DNA of 64,000 nt from an uncultured delta proteobacterium (GTDB lineage: Bacteria; Desulfobacterota; Binatia; Binatales; Binataceae): NCBI GenBank assembly GCA_963711565.1, contig CAVQEQ010000004.1:864001-928000 (forward strand). The letters run 5' to 3'. The position numbers and the translations under genes were made by a program. The notes under the pieces were generated by a model that had not been told where the DNA came from, ran no database searches, and was given only the letters and a program-made list of their open reading frames with translations. This document shows positions 17,865 through 27,577 of the stretch, one piece after another (the stretch's first letter is position 1; each line of letters begins with the position of its first letter).

Positions 17865-19510
17865 GGGGCACTCGTGTGAGCAACAAAAAGAAATGGCTCG
17901 AGACGACCTACAAGCAGGCGATCGAGCGGCCGGTACGTTTCTCGACCGTGTCCGACATGGAGCTCGACCCGCTCTACACGCCCGACGACGTGACCGGCGC
18001 GTACGACGACGCGCTCGGCAACCCCGGCGAGTTCCCGTACACGCGCGGTGTGTACGGCTCGATGTATCGCGGACGGTTGTGGACGATGCGCCAGTTCGCC
18101 GGCTTCGGACTCGCCGAGGACACTAACGCGCGCTTCCACTTCCTGCTCGGCCAGGGCCAGGACGGCCTCTCGACTGCATTCGACATGCCGACGCTGATGG
18201 GCTACGACGCCGACCACGAACGCGCGCTCGGCGAAGTCGGACGTGAGGGCGTTTCAGTCTCGACAGTTTACGACATGGCGACGCTGTTCGATCGAATTCC
18301 GCTCGACCGCGTCACCACGTCGATGACGGTGAATTGTTCGGCGTCGATCCTGCTCGCGATGTATCTGGTGGTGGCCGAGCGCAACGGAATTCCGTGGGAG
18401 CGCGTCGGCGGCACGATTCAGAACGACATGCTCAAGGAGTATATCGCGCAGAAGGAATGGATTTGTCCGCCGCGACCGGCGCTCAGAATCGTCACCGACA
18501 TGATTGAGTTCTGCGCGCGCAAAGTTCCGCGCTGGCACGCCGTCTCGATCTCGGGCTACCACATCCGCGAGGCCGGCTCGACCGCCGTGCAGGAGCTGGC
18601 GTTCACGATTGCCGACGGCATCTGCTACGTCAACGAGGCCGTCAAGCGCGGAATCGCTGTCGATGACTTCGCGCAGCGGCTGTCGTTCTTCTGGAACCTG
18701 CACAACGATTTCCTCGAAGAGGTCGCCAAGCTCCGCGCCGCGCGCCGGATGTGGGCGCGAATCATGAAGGATCGTTTCGGCGCCAAGAATCCGAAATCGA
18801 TGATGCTGCGGACGCACGCGCAGACCGCGGGCGCGTCGTTGACCGCGCAGCAGCCGATCAACAACGTAGTTCGCGTCGCGATTCAGGCGCTGGCGGGAGT
18901 GCTCGGCGGAATACAGTCGCTGCACACCAATTCGATGGATGAGACGCTCGCGCTGCCGACCGAGCAGGCTGTGATGGTCGCACTGCGTACGCAGCAGGTA
19001 ATCGCCGAAGAGACTGGCGTGACGAATACTATCGATCCATTCGGTGGCAGCTACACGGTCGAGGCGCTGACGGACAGGATGGAACGCGAGGCTGGCGACT
19101 ACATTATGCGCATCGACGAGATGGGTGGGATGGTCAAGGCGATCGAGACCGGCTATCCGCAGCGCGAGATTGCGGAGGCGGCGTTTCACTTTCAGCGGCA
19201 GCTCGAACAGGGAATCAAGACGGTGGTCGGCGTCAACAAGTATTCAATCCCCGAGGAGATTCCGATCGCGACGCTCAAGATTGATCCTGAGATCGAGGAG
19301 CGGCAGATTCAACGCGTGGGCAAAGTTAAGCGCGAGCGAAATTCGGTCGCGGTCAAGGAAGCGCTTGCTCGCGTCTCGGAGGCGTGCCGCTCGGGTGAGA
19401 ATCTGATGGGCCCGATTTGCGAAGCGGTGCGCCGCGACGCGACTGTCGGCGAGGTGTCGGATATTTTTCGCGCCGAATTCGGCGTGTACACTGACCCAGG
19501 CTGGATTTAG
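17861..19510 (+). CDS. icmA: B12-dependent acyl-CoA mutase large subunit, isobutyryl-CoA mutase (IcmA)-type
   Basis: [19 protein letters not shown] (Phe where MCM has Tyr), [13 protein letters not shown] (Gln where MCM has Arg), [11 protein letters not shown]; no fused B12 domain. Confidence 0.8.
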   Translation: MRGTRVSNKKKWLETTYKQAIERPVRFSTVSDMELDPLYTPDDVTGAYDDALGNPGEFPYTRGVYGSMYRGRLWTMRQFAGFGLAEDTNARFHFLLGQGQDGLSTAFDMPTLMGYDADHERALGEVGREGVSVSTVYDMATLFDRIPLDRVTTSMTVNCSASILLAMYLVVAERNGIPWERVGGTIQNDMLKEYIAQKEWICPPRPALRIVTDMIEFCARKVPRWHAVSISGYHIREAGSTAVQELAFTIADGICYVNEAVKRGIAVDDFAQRLSFFWNLHNDFLEEVAKLRAARRMWARIMKDRFGAKNPKSMMLRTHAQTAGASLTAQQPINNVVRVAIQALAGVLGGIQSLHTNSMDETLALPTEQAVMVALRTQQVIAEETGVTNTIDPFGGSYTVEALTDRMEREAGDYIMRIDEMGGMVKAIETGYPQREIAEAAFHFQRQLEQGIKTVVGVNKYSIPEEIPIATLKIDPEIEERQIQRVGKVKRERNSVAVKEALARVSEACRSGENLMGPICEAVRRDATVGEVSDIFRAEFGVYTDPGWI

Positions 19511-19513
19511 GCG

Positions 19514-19918
19514 ATGGCGGAAAAGAGACTCAGAATTCTGGTCGCGAAACCCGGACTTGACGGTCACGATCGCGGCGCGAAGATTATCGCACGCGCGCTG
19601 CGCGACGGCGGCTTCGAGGTCATCTACACCGGACTTCATCAGACACCCGAAATGATCGCGGAGGCCGCCGTCCAGGAAGACGCCGACGCGGTCGGCCTGA
19701 GCGTCCTGTCGGGCGCGCACATGACACTGTTCCCCGAGGTGATGCGCCTGCTGAAGGAACGCGGTGCCGGCGAGGTCGCGGTTTTCGGTGGCGGAATTAT
19801 CCCCGATGACGACGCCGTCAAGCTCAAGGAGATGGGCGTGCGGCAAATCTTCACCCCCGGCGCGTCAACCGAAGACATCGTCAAGTGGGTGCGCGAGAAC
19901 GTCGCGCCTCGCACCTAG
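19514..19918 (+). CDS. icmB: Cobalamin-binding small subunit of the acyl-CoA mutase
   Basis: [12 protein letters not shown] (DxHxxG), [16 protein letters not shown]. Confidence 0.88.
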   Translation: MAEKRLRILVAKPGLDGHDRGAKIIARALRDGGFEVIYTGLHQTPEMIAEAAVQEDADAVGLSVLSGAHMTLFPEVMRLLKERGAGEVAVFGGGIIPDDDAVKLKEMGVRQIFTPGASTEDIVKWVRENVAPRT

Positions 19919-19924
19919 ATTCAA

Positions 19925-21082
19925 ATGAATTTCGATCTGACCGAAGAGCAGCGCCGCATCCGCGAGACGCTCACCGACTTCGCCGAGCGTGAAATTAAGC
20001 CGTACTCGACCAAGTGGGACAAAGACGAGACCTTCCCGCGGCACATCGTCGAGCAGCTCGGCCAGCTCGGCTTTCTCGGCGTCGCATTTCCCGAAAAATT
20101 CGGCGGCGGTGGCGCCGACACGCTGTCGCAGGTGCTCGTGGTTGAGGGGCTCTCGCGCTACGACGCGTCGATTGGCCTGACATGCGCCGCGCACATGTCG
20201 CTCTCAACCGGCCACATCGCCGGGTTCGCGTCCGACGAGCTGCGCAATCAATATGTGCCCGAAATGCTGCAAGCGAAGAAGATCGGCGCGTGGTGCCTGA
20301 CCGAGCCGAGCTCCGGCTCAGACGCAGCCGCGATGCATACGAAGGCGACGCGGGTCGGCGACAACTATTCGATCACCGGCTCGAAGATGTTCATCACCAA
20401 CGGCACGGTCGCCGACGTGTATGTGGTGATGGCGATCACCGACCAGGCGCGCGGGCGCGACGGCGTGTCGGCGTTCATCGTCGATCGCGGCACTGCGGGA
20501 CTCTCGAACGGAAAGAAAATCGAGAAGCTGGGATTACGCGCGTCCGACACCGCCGAAGTCATTTTCGAAAATGTCACAGTGCCGGCGCGCAATCTGGTCG
20601 GTGAGCTTGGCGCCGGCTATCGGCAGACGCTCAAGGTGCTCGAAGCGGGCCGAATCGGAATCGCGGGATTCGCAGCGGGAATCGCGCGCGGCGGTTTTGA
20701 AGAAGCACGCGCGTACGCGCTCGAGCGCGGGCAGTTCGGCAAGAAGATTGCCGAGTTCCAGGCGATCCAGTGGATGTTCGCCGACATGGCGACGCGAATC
20801 GACGCGTCGTGGGTGCTCATCTGCCGCGCCGCCGCGCTCAAGGATGCGGGCAAGCCATTTGCGCGCGAAGCCGCGATGGCGAAGCTGTTCGCGTCCGAAA
20901 CCGCGATGTGGTCGACGATCAAAGCCGTGCAGATTCACGGCGGCTACGGCTACGTCACCGACTTTCCGGTCGAGCGCTACATGCGCGACGCCAAGCTCTC
21001 CGAAATCGGCGAGGGTACCAGCGAAGTGCAGCGTATGATCATCGCCAAGTCGCTGCTGCGCGACGGCTACCTGCCAGCCTGA
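19925..21082 (+). CDS. Acyl-CoA dehydrogenase
   Basis: [39 protein letters not shown]. Confidence 0.95.
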   Translation: MNFDLTEEQRRIRETLTDFAEREIKPYSTKWDKDETFPRHIVEQLGQLGFLGVAFPEKFGGGGADTLSQVLVVEGLSRYDASIGLTCAAHMSLSTGHIAGFASDELRNQYVPEMLQAKKIGAWCLTEPSSGSDAAAMHTKATRVGDNYSITGSKMFITNGTVADVYVVMAITDQARGRDGVSAFIVDRGTAGLSNGKKIEKLGLRASDTAEVIFENVTVPARNLVGELGAGYRQTLKVLEAGRIGIAGFAAGIARGGFEEARAYALERGQFGKKIAEFQAIQWMFADMATRIDASWVLICRAAALKDAGKPFAREAAMAKLFASETAMWSTIKAVQIHGGYGYVTDFPVERYMRDAKLSEIGEGTSEVQRMIIAKSLLRDGYLPA

Positions 21083-21086
21083 TCGA

Positions 21087-21821
21087 TTAGTCTTCCAGTA
21101 AATCTTCGCGGATGACTGACAGGTCGGCAGGTCCGAGACCGATTACCTCGCGCATGAAGCCTTCGATGCCGCCATGTTCGTCGATTAGTTCGAACACCGG
21201 GTCGAGCTGCTCGGCCGCGAGTGGAATCTTTTTGAAGACGAGGTTGCTCTCCAGGAAGTCAGCGACGATTCGATCGCGATCGACTCCGAGCATCGACAGC
21301 AGCATCGCGGCGCCGACGCCCGTGCGGTCGCGGCCCGCGGAGCAATGGAAGAGCAGGGGATAGACGTCGCGCTCGGCGAGCACTTTGAAAAAGCGGCGCC
21401 AGTCGTTGCGGAAGTGCATCACTAGCGCGAGATGCTCGCGGCCGGGCTCGGGGGCGACGCGCGTGTAGCCCTGGTCGTTGAACCATTCGTCGCCCATCGG
21501 GATGTGTTCCCATCGGATGCCTTCACGTGAAGCCGGCACGGGCGCGCCCAGGTGCTTCACTTCCGCGCGGCTCTGGAGCGTGACGAGGGTGCGAAGTTCG
21601 AGCTGGCTTATAGGACTTTCGGGCGGGACTTCGGCGAGATGTGATGAGCGAAAAATCCGGCCGGCGCGGACGCGGCCCTGGTTGGCTGCGGGATAGCCGC
21701 CGAGGTCGCGGAAGTTCTGCGCGGCGAAACTACGCAGCAGCTCGAAGTCGACGACCACGCGCGTCTTTTCCGCCGCATCTTCAGTTTTGTTGTTATTTTT
21801 CGCCAAGAGCTTCAGTTGCAC
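21087..21821 (-). CDS. Tyrosine-protein phosphatase (IphP/Y_phosphatase3 family)
   Basis: NFRDLGGY, IFRSSHL and P-loop HCSAGRDRTG; start uncertain. Confidence 0.88.
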   Translation of the reverse strand: MQLKLLAKNNNKTEDAAEKTRVVVDFELLRSFAAQNFRDLGGYPAANQGRVRAGRIFRSSHLAEVPPESPISQLELRTLVTLQSRAEVKHLGAPVPASREGIRWEHIPMGDEWFNDQGYTRVAPEPGREHLALVMHFRNDWRRFFKVLAERDVYPLLFHCSAGRDRTGVGAAMLLSMLGVDRDRIVADFLESNLVFKKIPLAAEQLDPVFELIDEHGGIEGFMREVIGLGPADLSVIREDLLED

Positions 21822-21915
21822 CCCGTCTGCGGCTCAAGTTTAACAGGGCGACTGGCGCCGGCCAAAGGCGCACCATCCGCTGGAGGCCCTTGCTTCGTGC
21901 ATTGCGGTCGTTTAA

Positions 21916-21929
21916 TAGACTGGAGTCTA
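21916..21929. promoter_or_regulatory. Palindrome TAGACT-GG-AGTCTA; candidate TetR operator
   Basis: Lies 5 nt before the TetR ATG, with a degenerate second copy at about 21951-21964. Confidence 0.55.
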
Positions 21930-21934
21930 GTTAT

Positions 21935-22618
21935 ATGGCCGAGTATATCGAAAGCTCCAGTCTTCATGGTGTCGCGACGGCGCCGGTTTCGCGACGCGAG
22001 CGCAAGAAAGGGCGCACTCGCGCTGATATCTACAATGCCTCGATGAACCTTTTTCTGCGGCGCGGTTTCGATTCGGTTACGATCGAGGATATCTGCGACA
22101 GTGCCGATGTCGCGCGCGCGACCTTTTTTCTGCATTTTCCGGCCAAGGAAGCCTTGCTCATCGAGTACGGCGAGCGCGCCAACGACGAGCTTGCGGCCGC
22201 GATTGGCCAGTATCGCGGGAGCGCGACCGCCGCGATGCGGATGGCGCTCAAGATGCTGGCCGAACGCGCGGTGCGGCATCCTGACGTAGTGCGGCTGGTG
22301 ATGCGCGAAGTGCTCGCGCGGCCGCGTTTGTTTACCGAGCATGACGAGAGAACCGCCGACCTGATTAATCTGCTGGCGGGGGTAATCCGGCGTGGGCAGA
22401 AGAGCGGTGAGTTTCGGCGGCGGACCGAACCGACCGTCGCGGCACTGACGGCGTGCGCGGCGTTCTTTGCTCTCATCTACACATGGGTGAAGCATGACGG
22501 GAAGATCGATATCGAAGCGGCGGTTGCCGAGACTTTGGACATTATTTTGAACGGACTCAGCGAGAAGAAATCCAAACGCGGACATTCGCCCGCGCTGATT
22601 AGAAGGACAAGCAGCTAG
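21935..22618 (+). CDS. TetR/AcrR family transcriptional regulator
   Basis: RRERKKGRTRADI..LFLRRGFDSVTIEDICDSADVARATFFLHFPAKE. Confidence 0.9.
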   Translation: MAEYIESSSLHGVATAPVSRRERKKGRTRADIYNASMNLFLRRGFDSVTIEDICDSADVARATFFLHFPAKEALLIEYGERANDELAAAIGQYRGSATAAMRMALKMLAERAVRHPDVVRLVMREVLARPRLFTEHDERTADLINLLAGVIRRGQKSGEFRRRTEPTVAALTACAAFFALIYTWVKHDGKIDIEAAVAETLDIILNGLSEKKSKRGHSPALIRRTSS

Positions 22619-24031
22619 ATGAATAACACTCATGCGATTGTGATCGGCGGCAGCATGGCGGGACTTTGTGCGGCTCGCGAGTTGTCCAGGTTTTACGACA
22701 AGGTCACCGTTATCGACCGCGATGCGTATCCTGTCGGTGCGCACGAGCGACCCGGGGTTCCGCAGAGCAGGCATGTGCATGCGCTGTTGATGCGTGGGCG
22801 GCTTGAACTGGATCGGCTGTTTCCGGGCTTCGAGAAAACGATGATCGAGCGCGGCGCGATCGAGATAAATTTCGGCCGCGACTTTGCCGCGCTTCGCGCG
22901 GATGGATGGGCCGAGCGCCGTCCAAACACGATCACGACGCTGTTCGCGAGCCGCGTGCTGATCGAGGCGACCGTCCGCGAGCTGATCCGAAAACTGCCGA
23001 ACGTCGAGCTGATCGAACGGGCCGAAGCGGTCGGCTTCGAGACGGTGCGCGGCGACATGATTCGGGTGAGCGGAGTAAAGGTGAGTCCGCGCGATGGCGG
23101 CGCCGCGTTCACGCTGTCCGGCGATCTTATCGTCGATGCGAGCGGGCGTACGACCAAAATTCCGTCATGGATCGAAGCGATGGGCTTGCCGATGCCGCCC
23201 GAAACCGTGGTCGATTCGCATACCGGGTACGCGTCGCGATGGTACAAGGCGAATCCCGACAGGCGTCCCAAGAATTGGTGGTGGAAGGGAATCTGGATCG
23301 ATCCGATCGCCGAAAATCTCTCGACCGCGGGCGTGATGTTCCCGGTCGAGAACAATCGAATTATTGTCTCGCTGGCAGGAATCGGTGGACATTACCCGCC
23401 GAGCGACGAGGCCGAATTTACCGCCAAGCTCGCGCAACTTCGCTCGCCGATAATCGCCGAGGAAGTCGCGCTGGCTGAGCCGATGTCGCAAGTCTATTCC
23501 TACCGGCAGATGGCGAATCGCTGGCGGCATTACGAGCGATGGGGCGCGCGGCTCGACGGCTTCGTCGCATTGGGCGATTCGTCGTGCGCGTTCAATCCTG
23601 TCTATGGACAGGGGATGACGTCGGGCGCGTTGTCGGCGATATTGCTCGGCGAGTGCCTCGAGAAAAATGGCATCAACGATGTCGAAGTTCCGCGAAAATT
23701 CTTCGCGGCGCAGGCGCGCTTCCAGGCCGAGCCATGGGGACTCGCGACCGCATCGGATTTCCGGGTTCCCGGCACCGAAGGCAAGCGTCCGTTGATGAGT
23801 CGCGTGCTGGACCCGCTGCTTGGCAAGATGTTCCAGGTCGCCAACGACGATCCCGCTATCGGCGAACGTCTCGGCGAAGTGATCAACATGATGAAGCCAC
23901 CGTCCGCCCTGTTCGAGCTGTCGCTGCTGAAGCTGATCGCGAAGGCGTGGTCGCGGCGACTGATCAGGGGTAAGAGACAGCAGAAGGAAGCGGCATCGAT
24001 GCCGCCGTTGGCGCTAGGCGCTGAAGGATAG
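22619..24031 (+). CDS. FAD-dependent monooxygenase/epoxidase-like oxidoreductase
   Basis: AIVIGGSMAGL, RPGVPQSRHVH, VDASGR, LGDSSCAFNPVYGQGMT; directly abuts the TetR gene. Confidence 0.87.
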   Translation: MNNTHAIVIGGSMAGLCAARELSRFYDKVTVIDRDAYPVGAHERPGVPQSRHVHALLMRGRLELDRLFPGFEKTMIERGAIEINFGRDFAALRADGWAERRPNTITTLFASRVLIEATVRELIRKLPNVELIERAEAVGFETVRGDMIRVSGVKVSPRDGGAAFTLSGDLIVDASGRTTKIPSWIEAMGLPMPPETVVDSHTGYASRWYKANPDRRPKNWWWKGIWIDPIAENLSTAGVMFPVENNRIIVSLAGIGGHYPPSDEAEFTAKLAQLRSPIIAEEVALAEPMSQVYSYRQMANRWRHYERWGARLDGFVALGDSSCAFNPVYGQGMTSGALSAILLGECLEKNGINDVEVPRKFFAAQARFQAEPWGLATASDFRVPGTEGKRPLMSRVLDPLLGKMFQVANDDPAIGERLGEVINMMKPPSALFELSLLKLIAKAWSRRLIRGKRQQKEAASMPPLALGAEG

Positions 24032-24037
24032 GTTGGG

Positions 24038-24116
24038 GGAAGGGCAGATCATTTGATCGAATGTGAAACCCGCCATGGGTTTCACGCTTCCTTGGGCAGG
24101 GGTGACCCCTGCACCC
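24038..24116 (+). repeat. Family A repeat, copy 2
   Basis: GTGAAACCC-GCCAT-GGGTTTCAC...GCAGGGGTGACCCCTGCACCC between convergent genes. Confidence 0.85.
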
Positions 24117-24133
24117 AACTATATTGAAGACAG

Positions 24134-25048
24134 TTACTGCTGATTTTGTTGGTTCGAGCTGCTGTTAGGGTCCGAGGAGAGCTTACTTTCAGCTAGCGGC
24201 TCGATTTGCAGTTCTACTGACATTAGTTGCATGCCGCCATGACTCCTGTACACGCCGCGCAGTGGCGGGACGTCTGAATAGTCGCGGCCTATGGCTACCC
24301 GGATGTGGCGCTCGTCCACCATGCATCCGTTGGTAGGATCGAAGCCGGTCCATCCCAGACCGGGAAGCTGCGCTTCCAGCCATGCGTGGCTCGCTTGTGC
24401 GCCGACGGTTTCCACGGTGGATTTGGCGGCGGGCGCCAGGTAGCCGGAAACGTAGCGCGTGGGGATGCCGGCGAGGCGCAGCACGCCGATCGTGAGATGG
24501 GCAAAGTCCTGGCATACGCCGCCGCCGACCGAAAGAATCTCGTCGGCGGTCGAGTGCACCTTGGTCATTCCCGGCTCGTAAACGAACTGATCGCGGATGT
24601 AAGCGACGATGCGGTTCGCGTAGGTGGCGACGTCTTCGGATGGATCGGGCTTGGCGAGCCAGAAGAATTTGCGCATCGGCTCGCTGAACGGAACGTGGCG
24701 GCTCGCGTTCAGAAAATCGTACTCGGTCCGATTGCGCACGTGATCCTCGAGCAGGTACTCGCCGAACGGCGTAGGTATCGCGGGCGGCGCCGCCGCGGGC
24801 ACGCGCTCGACCAGAGATTTCGCGGCGACGACTAGAACTGGGTGCGGATCGTGGATCGAAAACCCGTACACGCGATTGCCGTAGTAGTCGTCGTATTCAA
24901 ACGTTGACGCGTTGGGCGTCAGATCCAGATCAAACTCGACGCACCGCTGATTTGCGCCTTCGAGCGGCCGCATGCGCGCCTCGTTGTGCGAATCGTAGGC
25001 GGGCGCCTGGTACTCGAAGCGGGTGGTGTGGCAGATCCGCAGCAGCAT
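24134..25048 (-). CDS. Transglutaminase-like protein with bacterial transglutaminase N-terminal domain
   Basis: HTTRFEY N-terminus; triad GVCQDFAH, SHAW, FDPTN; GRDYSDVPP. Confidence 0.92.
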   Translation of the reverse strand: MLLRICHTTRFEYQAPAYDSHNEARMRPLEGANQRCVEFDLDLTPNASTFEYDDYYGNRVYGFSIHDPHPVLVVAAKSLVERVPAAAPPAIPTPFGEYLLEDHVRNRTEYDFLNASRHVPFSEPMRKFFWLAKPDPSEDVATYANRIVAYIRDQFVYEPGMTKVHSTADEILSVGGGVCQDFAHLTIGVLRLAGIPTRYVSGYLAPAAKSTVETVGAQASHAWLEAQLPGLGWTGFDPTNGCMVDERHIRVAIGRDYSDVPPLRGVYRSHGGMQLMSVELQIEPLAESKLSSDPNSSSNQQNQQ

Positions 25049-25057
25049 CGCGTCAAT

Positions 25058-25999
25058 TCAATCGATCCTGAGGTAGCGTTGAAAGACCTCGTCGCCGAGC
25101 GCGGCACATCCATCCTGAATCTGAATGAGAAACTGATGCAAGCCGGATTTGATCACCTCGAGCGATCGCTTCGAGCGCATCAGGGCCAGCAGTTCCTCGA
25201 GCTGCGACGCGGCCGGCGAGGGCTCGGGCGCCTGGCTCTTGATCCGATTGAGCGAAGTCTCAAGCATCGCCAACGCGAATTGCGCCGAACGCGGGAAGGT
25301 CGGATCGAAGAGCAGGATCTCGACGACATTGTCGATTCTGATCGAGTTGCCGAAGCGCTTGCGATAGGCCTCGAGGCCCGACGCGCTGCGCAGCACGGCC
25401 GCCCATTGCAGGATGTCGAGCGAGCCGCCAACGTCTTCCAGCCGCGGCAGCAGGAAGTGGTACTTGACGTCCAGCATCCGCGAAACGTCTTCTGTCCGCT
25501 CGAGCATGATGCCCAGTTGCATGAAGTCGTAGGCGATGTCGCGCGGGATCGTGCTCTGGCGAATGCCGGACAGGCGATAGAAGCTGTCCTTGAGATCGGC
25601 GAAGAAGGCAAACACGCCGGGCGAGACGAAAAGTTCGGGGGTCCATTCCTGCGCGTTCAGGTAGAGCGTGTTGAGGTCGAGCCACAACTCGGACGAGATG
25701 TAGTGCCGCAGCGAGATGGCGTTGTTGCGCGCGGTGTCGATGCAACTGCGAATCGAATTGGGATTGTCGATGTCGAGCGCGAAGAAGTTGAGGATCGAGG
25801 CGTCGTCGGCGGTGGTGTAGGACTCGGCGAATAGCTCGCGTTCGCCGAAAATCGCCAGCAGCGGCGCCCACGGCTGCGCGTCGCGCGGCGGACTCTCGAT
25901 CAGCAGATGGTAGTTGACGTCGAGCAGGCGCGCGCGCCATTCGGCTCGTTCCAGATTGCGAGCGGTCCAGAAAAGATGACTCGCGATACGCCGAAGCAT
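25058..25999 (-). CDS. Alpha-E domain protein (DUF403)
   Basis: MLRRIASHLFWTARNLERAE, GIMLERTE, FPRS. Confidence 0.9.
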   Translation of the reverse strand: MLRRIASHLFWTARNLERAEWRARLLDVNYHLLIESPPRDAQPWAPLLAIFGERELFAESYTTADDASILNFFALDIDNPNSIRSCIDTARNNAISLRHYISSELWLDLNTLYLNAQEWTPELFVSPGVFAFFADLKDSFYRLSGIRQSTIPRDIAYDFMQLGIMLERTEDVSRMLDVKYHFLLPRLEDVGGSLDILQWAAVLRSASGLEAYRKRFGNSIRIDNVVEILLFDPTFPRSAQFALAMLETSLNRIKSQAPEPSPAASQLEELLALMRSKRSLEVIKSGLHQFLIQIQDGCAALGDEVFQRYLRID

Positions 26000-27489
26000 C
26001 AGGCCTCGAGCACCCAGGTGTCCTTGCTGCCGCCGCCTTGAGATGAATTCACGATCAACGAGCCCTCGCGCAGCGCGACGCGGGTCAGCCCGCCGGCGAG
26101 CACTCGCGGCTTGGCGCCGAGCAGCACGAACGGGCGAAAGTCGATGTGCCGCGGCATCATCTTCATCCCGCTCTCAGAGCCATTGTGAATGATCGTCGGA
26201 TGAACCGAGAGCGCGATGACGGGCTGCGCGATGAAGGCCGACGGATCGTGGACGATTCGCTCGCGCGTCTCCGCGAGTTCCTGTTCGCTGGCCTTGGGCC
26301 CGATGACGACGCCGTAGCCGCCGGACGCGCCGGTGGGCTTGACGACGTACCGCTCGAGATTTTTCAGCACCTGCTCGCGCACTTCGGGGTCGCGCAGCAG
26401 ATAGGTCTCGACGATCGGGAGAATCGGCTCCTCGGCGAGATAGTAGCGAATCATCGCGGGCGTGTAGGCATAAACGGCCTTGTCGTCGGCGACTCCCGTG
26501 CCGATACCGTTGGCGATCGCCGCATTGCCGGCGCGCAGGACGGTGGCGAGGCCGGCAACGCCGAGCAGAGAATCGGGACGGAAGACGAGCGGGTCCAGGA
26601 AGTCGTCGTCGATGCGCCGATAGAGGACGTCAATCTGGCGCAAGCCGTGAACGTCCTTCATGTAGAGCTTGCGATCGACGCATACGAGATCCTGGCCCTC
26701 GACCAATTCGATGCCCATCTGCTGTGAGAGGAAGACATGCTCGAAGAACGCGGAGTTGAACGGCCCCGGCGTGAGCAGCGCGATGGTGGGCTTGGACTTG
26801 CCGGTAGGCGACATCTCCATCAGGCATTGCAGCAGGTCGGCGGGGTAGCGCTCGACGCTGCGCACGCGCGATGAACGCATCAGGGTCGGCACGAGGCGCG
26901 TCATGACGACGCGATTTTCGATCACGTACGACACCCCGCTCGGGGTGCGCGCGTTGTCTTCGAGGACGTAAAAGCGGCCGTCGGCGCCGCGCACGAGATC
27001 GATTCCGGCGACGGTGATGAAGTTGCCAAGCGGCGGCTTGATGCCGACGGCGGCGCGGCGAAACTGTGGACATCCAAGAACGAGATCTCTCGGCACGACG
27101 CCATCGGACAGGACGCAGCCGTCGCCGTAAACATCGGCGACGAACGCATTCAGCGCCCGCACGCGTTGGATCAAGCCGGCCTTGAGCGTCGCCCAGGTCG
27201 CGGCGTCGATTACGCGCGGAATCGGATCGAACGGGAAAATCCGCTCAGAACCGTCGGCCGCGCCGTACACATTAAATGTCACGCCCATGCGGCGGAACAT
27301 CCGGTCGGCGCGCGCGCAGATTTCGGTGAACTGCGCCGGCGGCATAGAGAACAGCGCGTCGATGACGGCCGCGCAGCCGTTTCGTGGCTGGCTGGAAAGA
27401 TCGAGCATTTCGTCGAAAACGCTCGCGTCGGTCTTGTACGCCGCCCAAACGGGCACCGCCTTGCCTGTTTCGGAAACAGTCGATTCCAT
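25999..27489 (-). CDS. Circularly permuted type 2 ATP-grasp protein
   Basis: FDPIPR, LEDNARTPSGVSY, YRRIDDDFLDP, VVKPTGASGGYG, VNSSQGGGSKDTW. Confidence 0.93.
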   Translation of the reverse strand: MESTVSETGKAVPVWAAYKTDASVFDEMLDLSSQPRNGCAAVIDALFSMPPAQFTEICARADRMFRRMGVTFNVYGAADGSERIFPFDPIPRVIDAATWATLKAGLIQRVRALNAFVADVYGDGCVLSDGVVPRDLVLGCPQFRRAAVGIKPPLGNFITVAGIDLVRGADGRFYVLEDNARTPSGVSYVIENRVVMTRLVPTLMRSSRVRSVERYPADLLQCLMEMSPTGKSKPTIALLTPGPFNSAFFEHVFLSQQMGIELVEGQDLVCVDRKLYMKDVHGLRQIDVLYRRIDDDFLDPLVFRPDSLLGVAGLATVLRAGNAAIANGIGTGVADDKAVYAYTPAMIRYYLAEEPILPIVETYLLRDPEVREQVLKNLERYVVKPTGASGGYGVVIGPKASEQELAETRERIVHDPSAFIAQPVIALSVHPTIIHNGSESGMKMMPRHIDFRPFVLLGAKPRVLAGGLTRVALREGSLIVNSSQGGGSKDTWVLEA

Positions 27490-27577
27490 CGCAGATCACC
27501 CCTCCGCGCTAACTGGCGCGGAATTCAGCATCGCCGGCACTGTCGGCGTCATTTTAAGAGCAATCGACGGGCCAGAA

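Noticed and set aside
17861-19510. Methylmalonyl-CoA mutase annotation
   Set aside because: Lacks the Tyr/Arg pair that binds the substrate carboxylate; has Phe/Gln instead.
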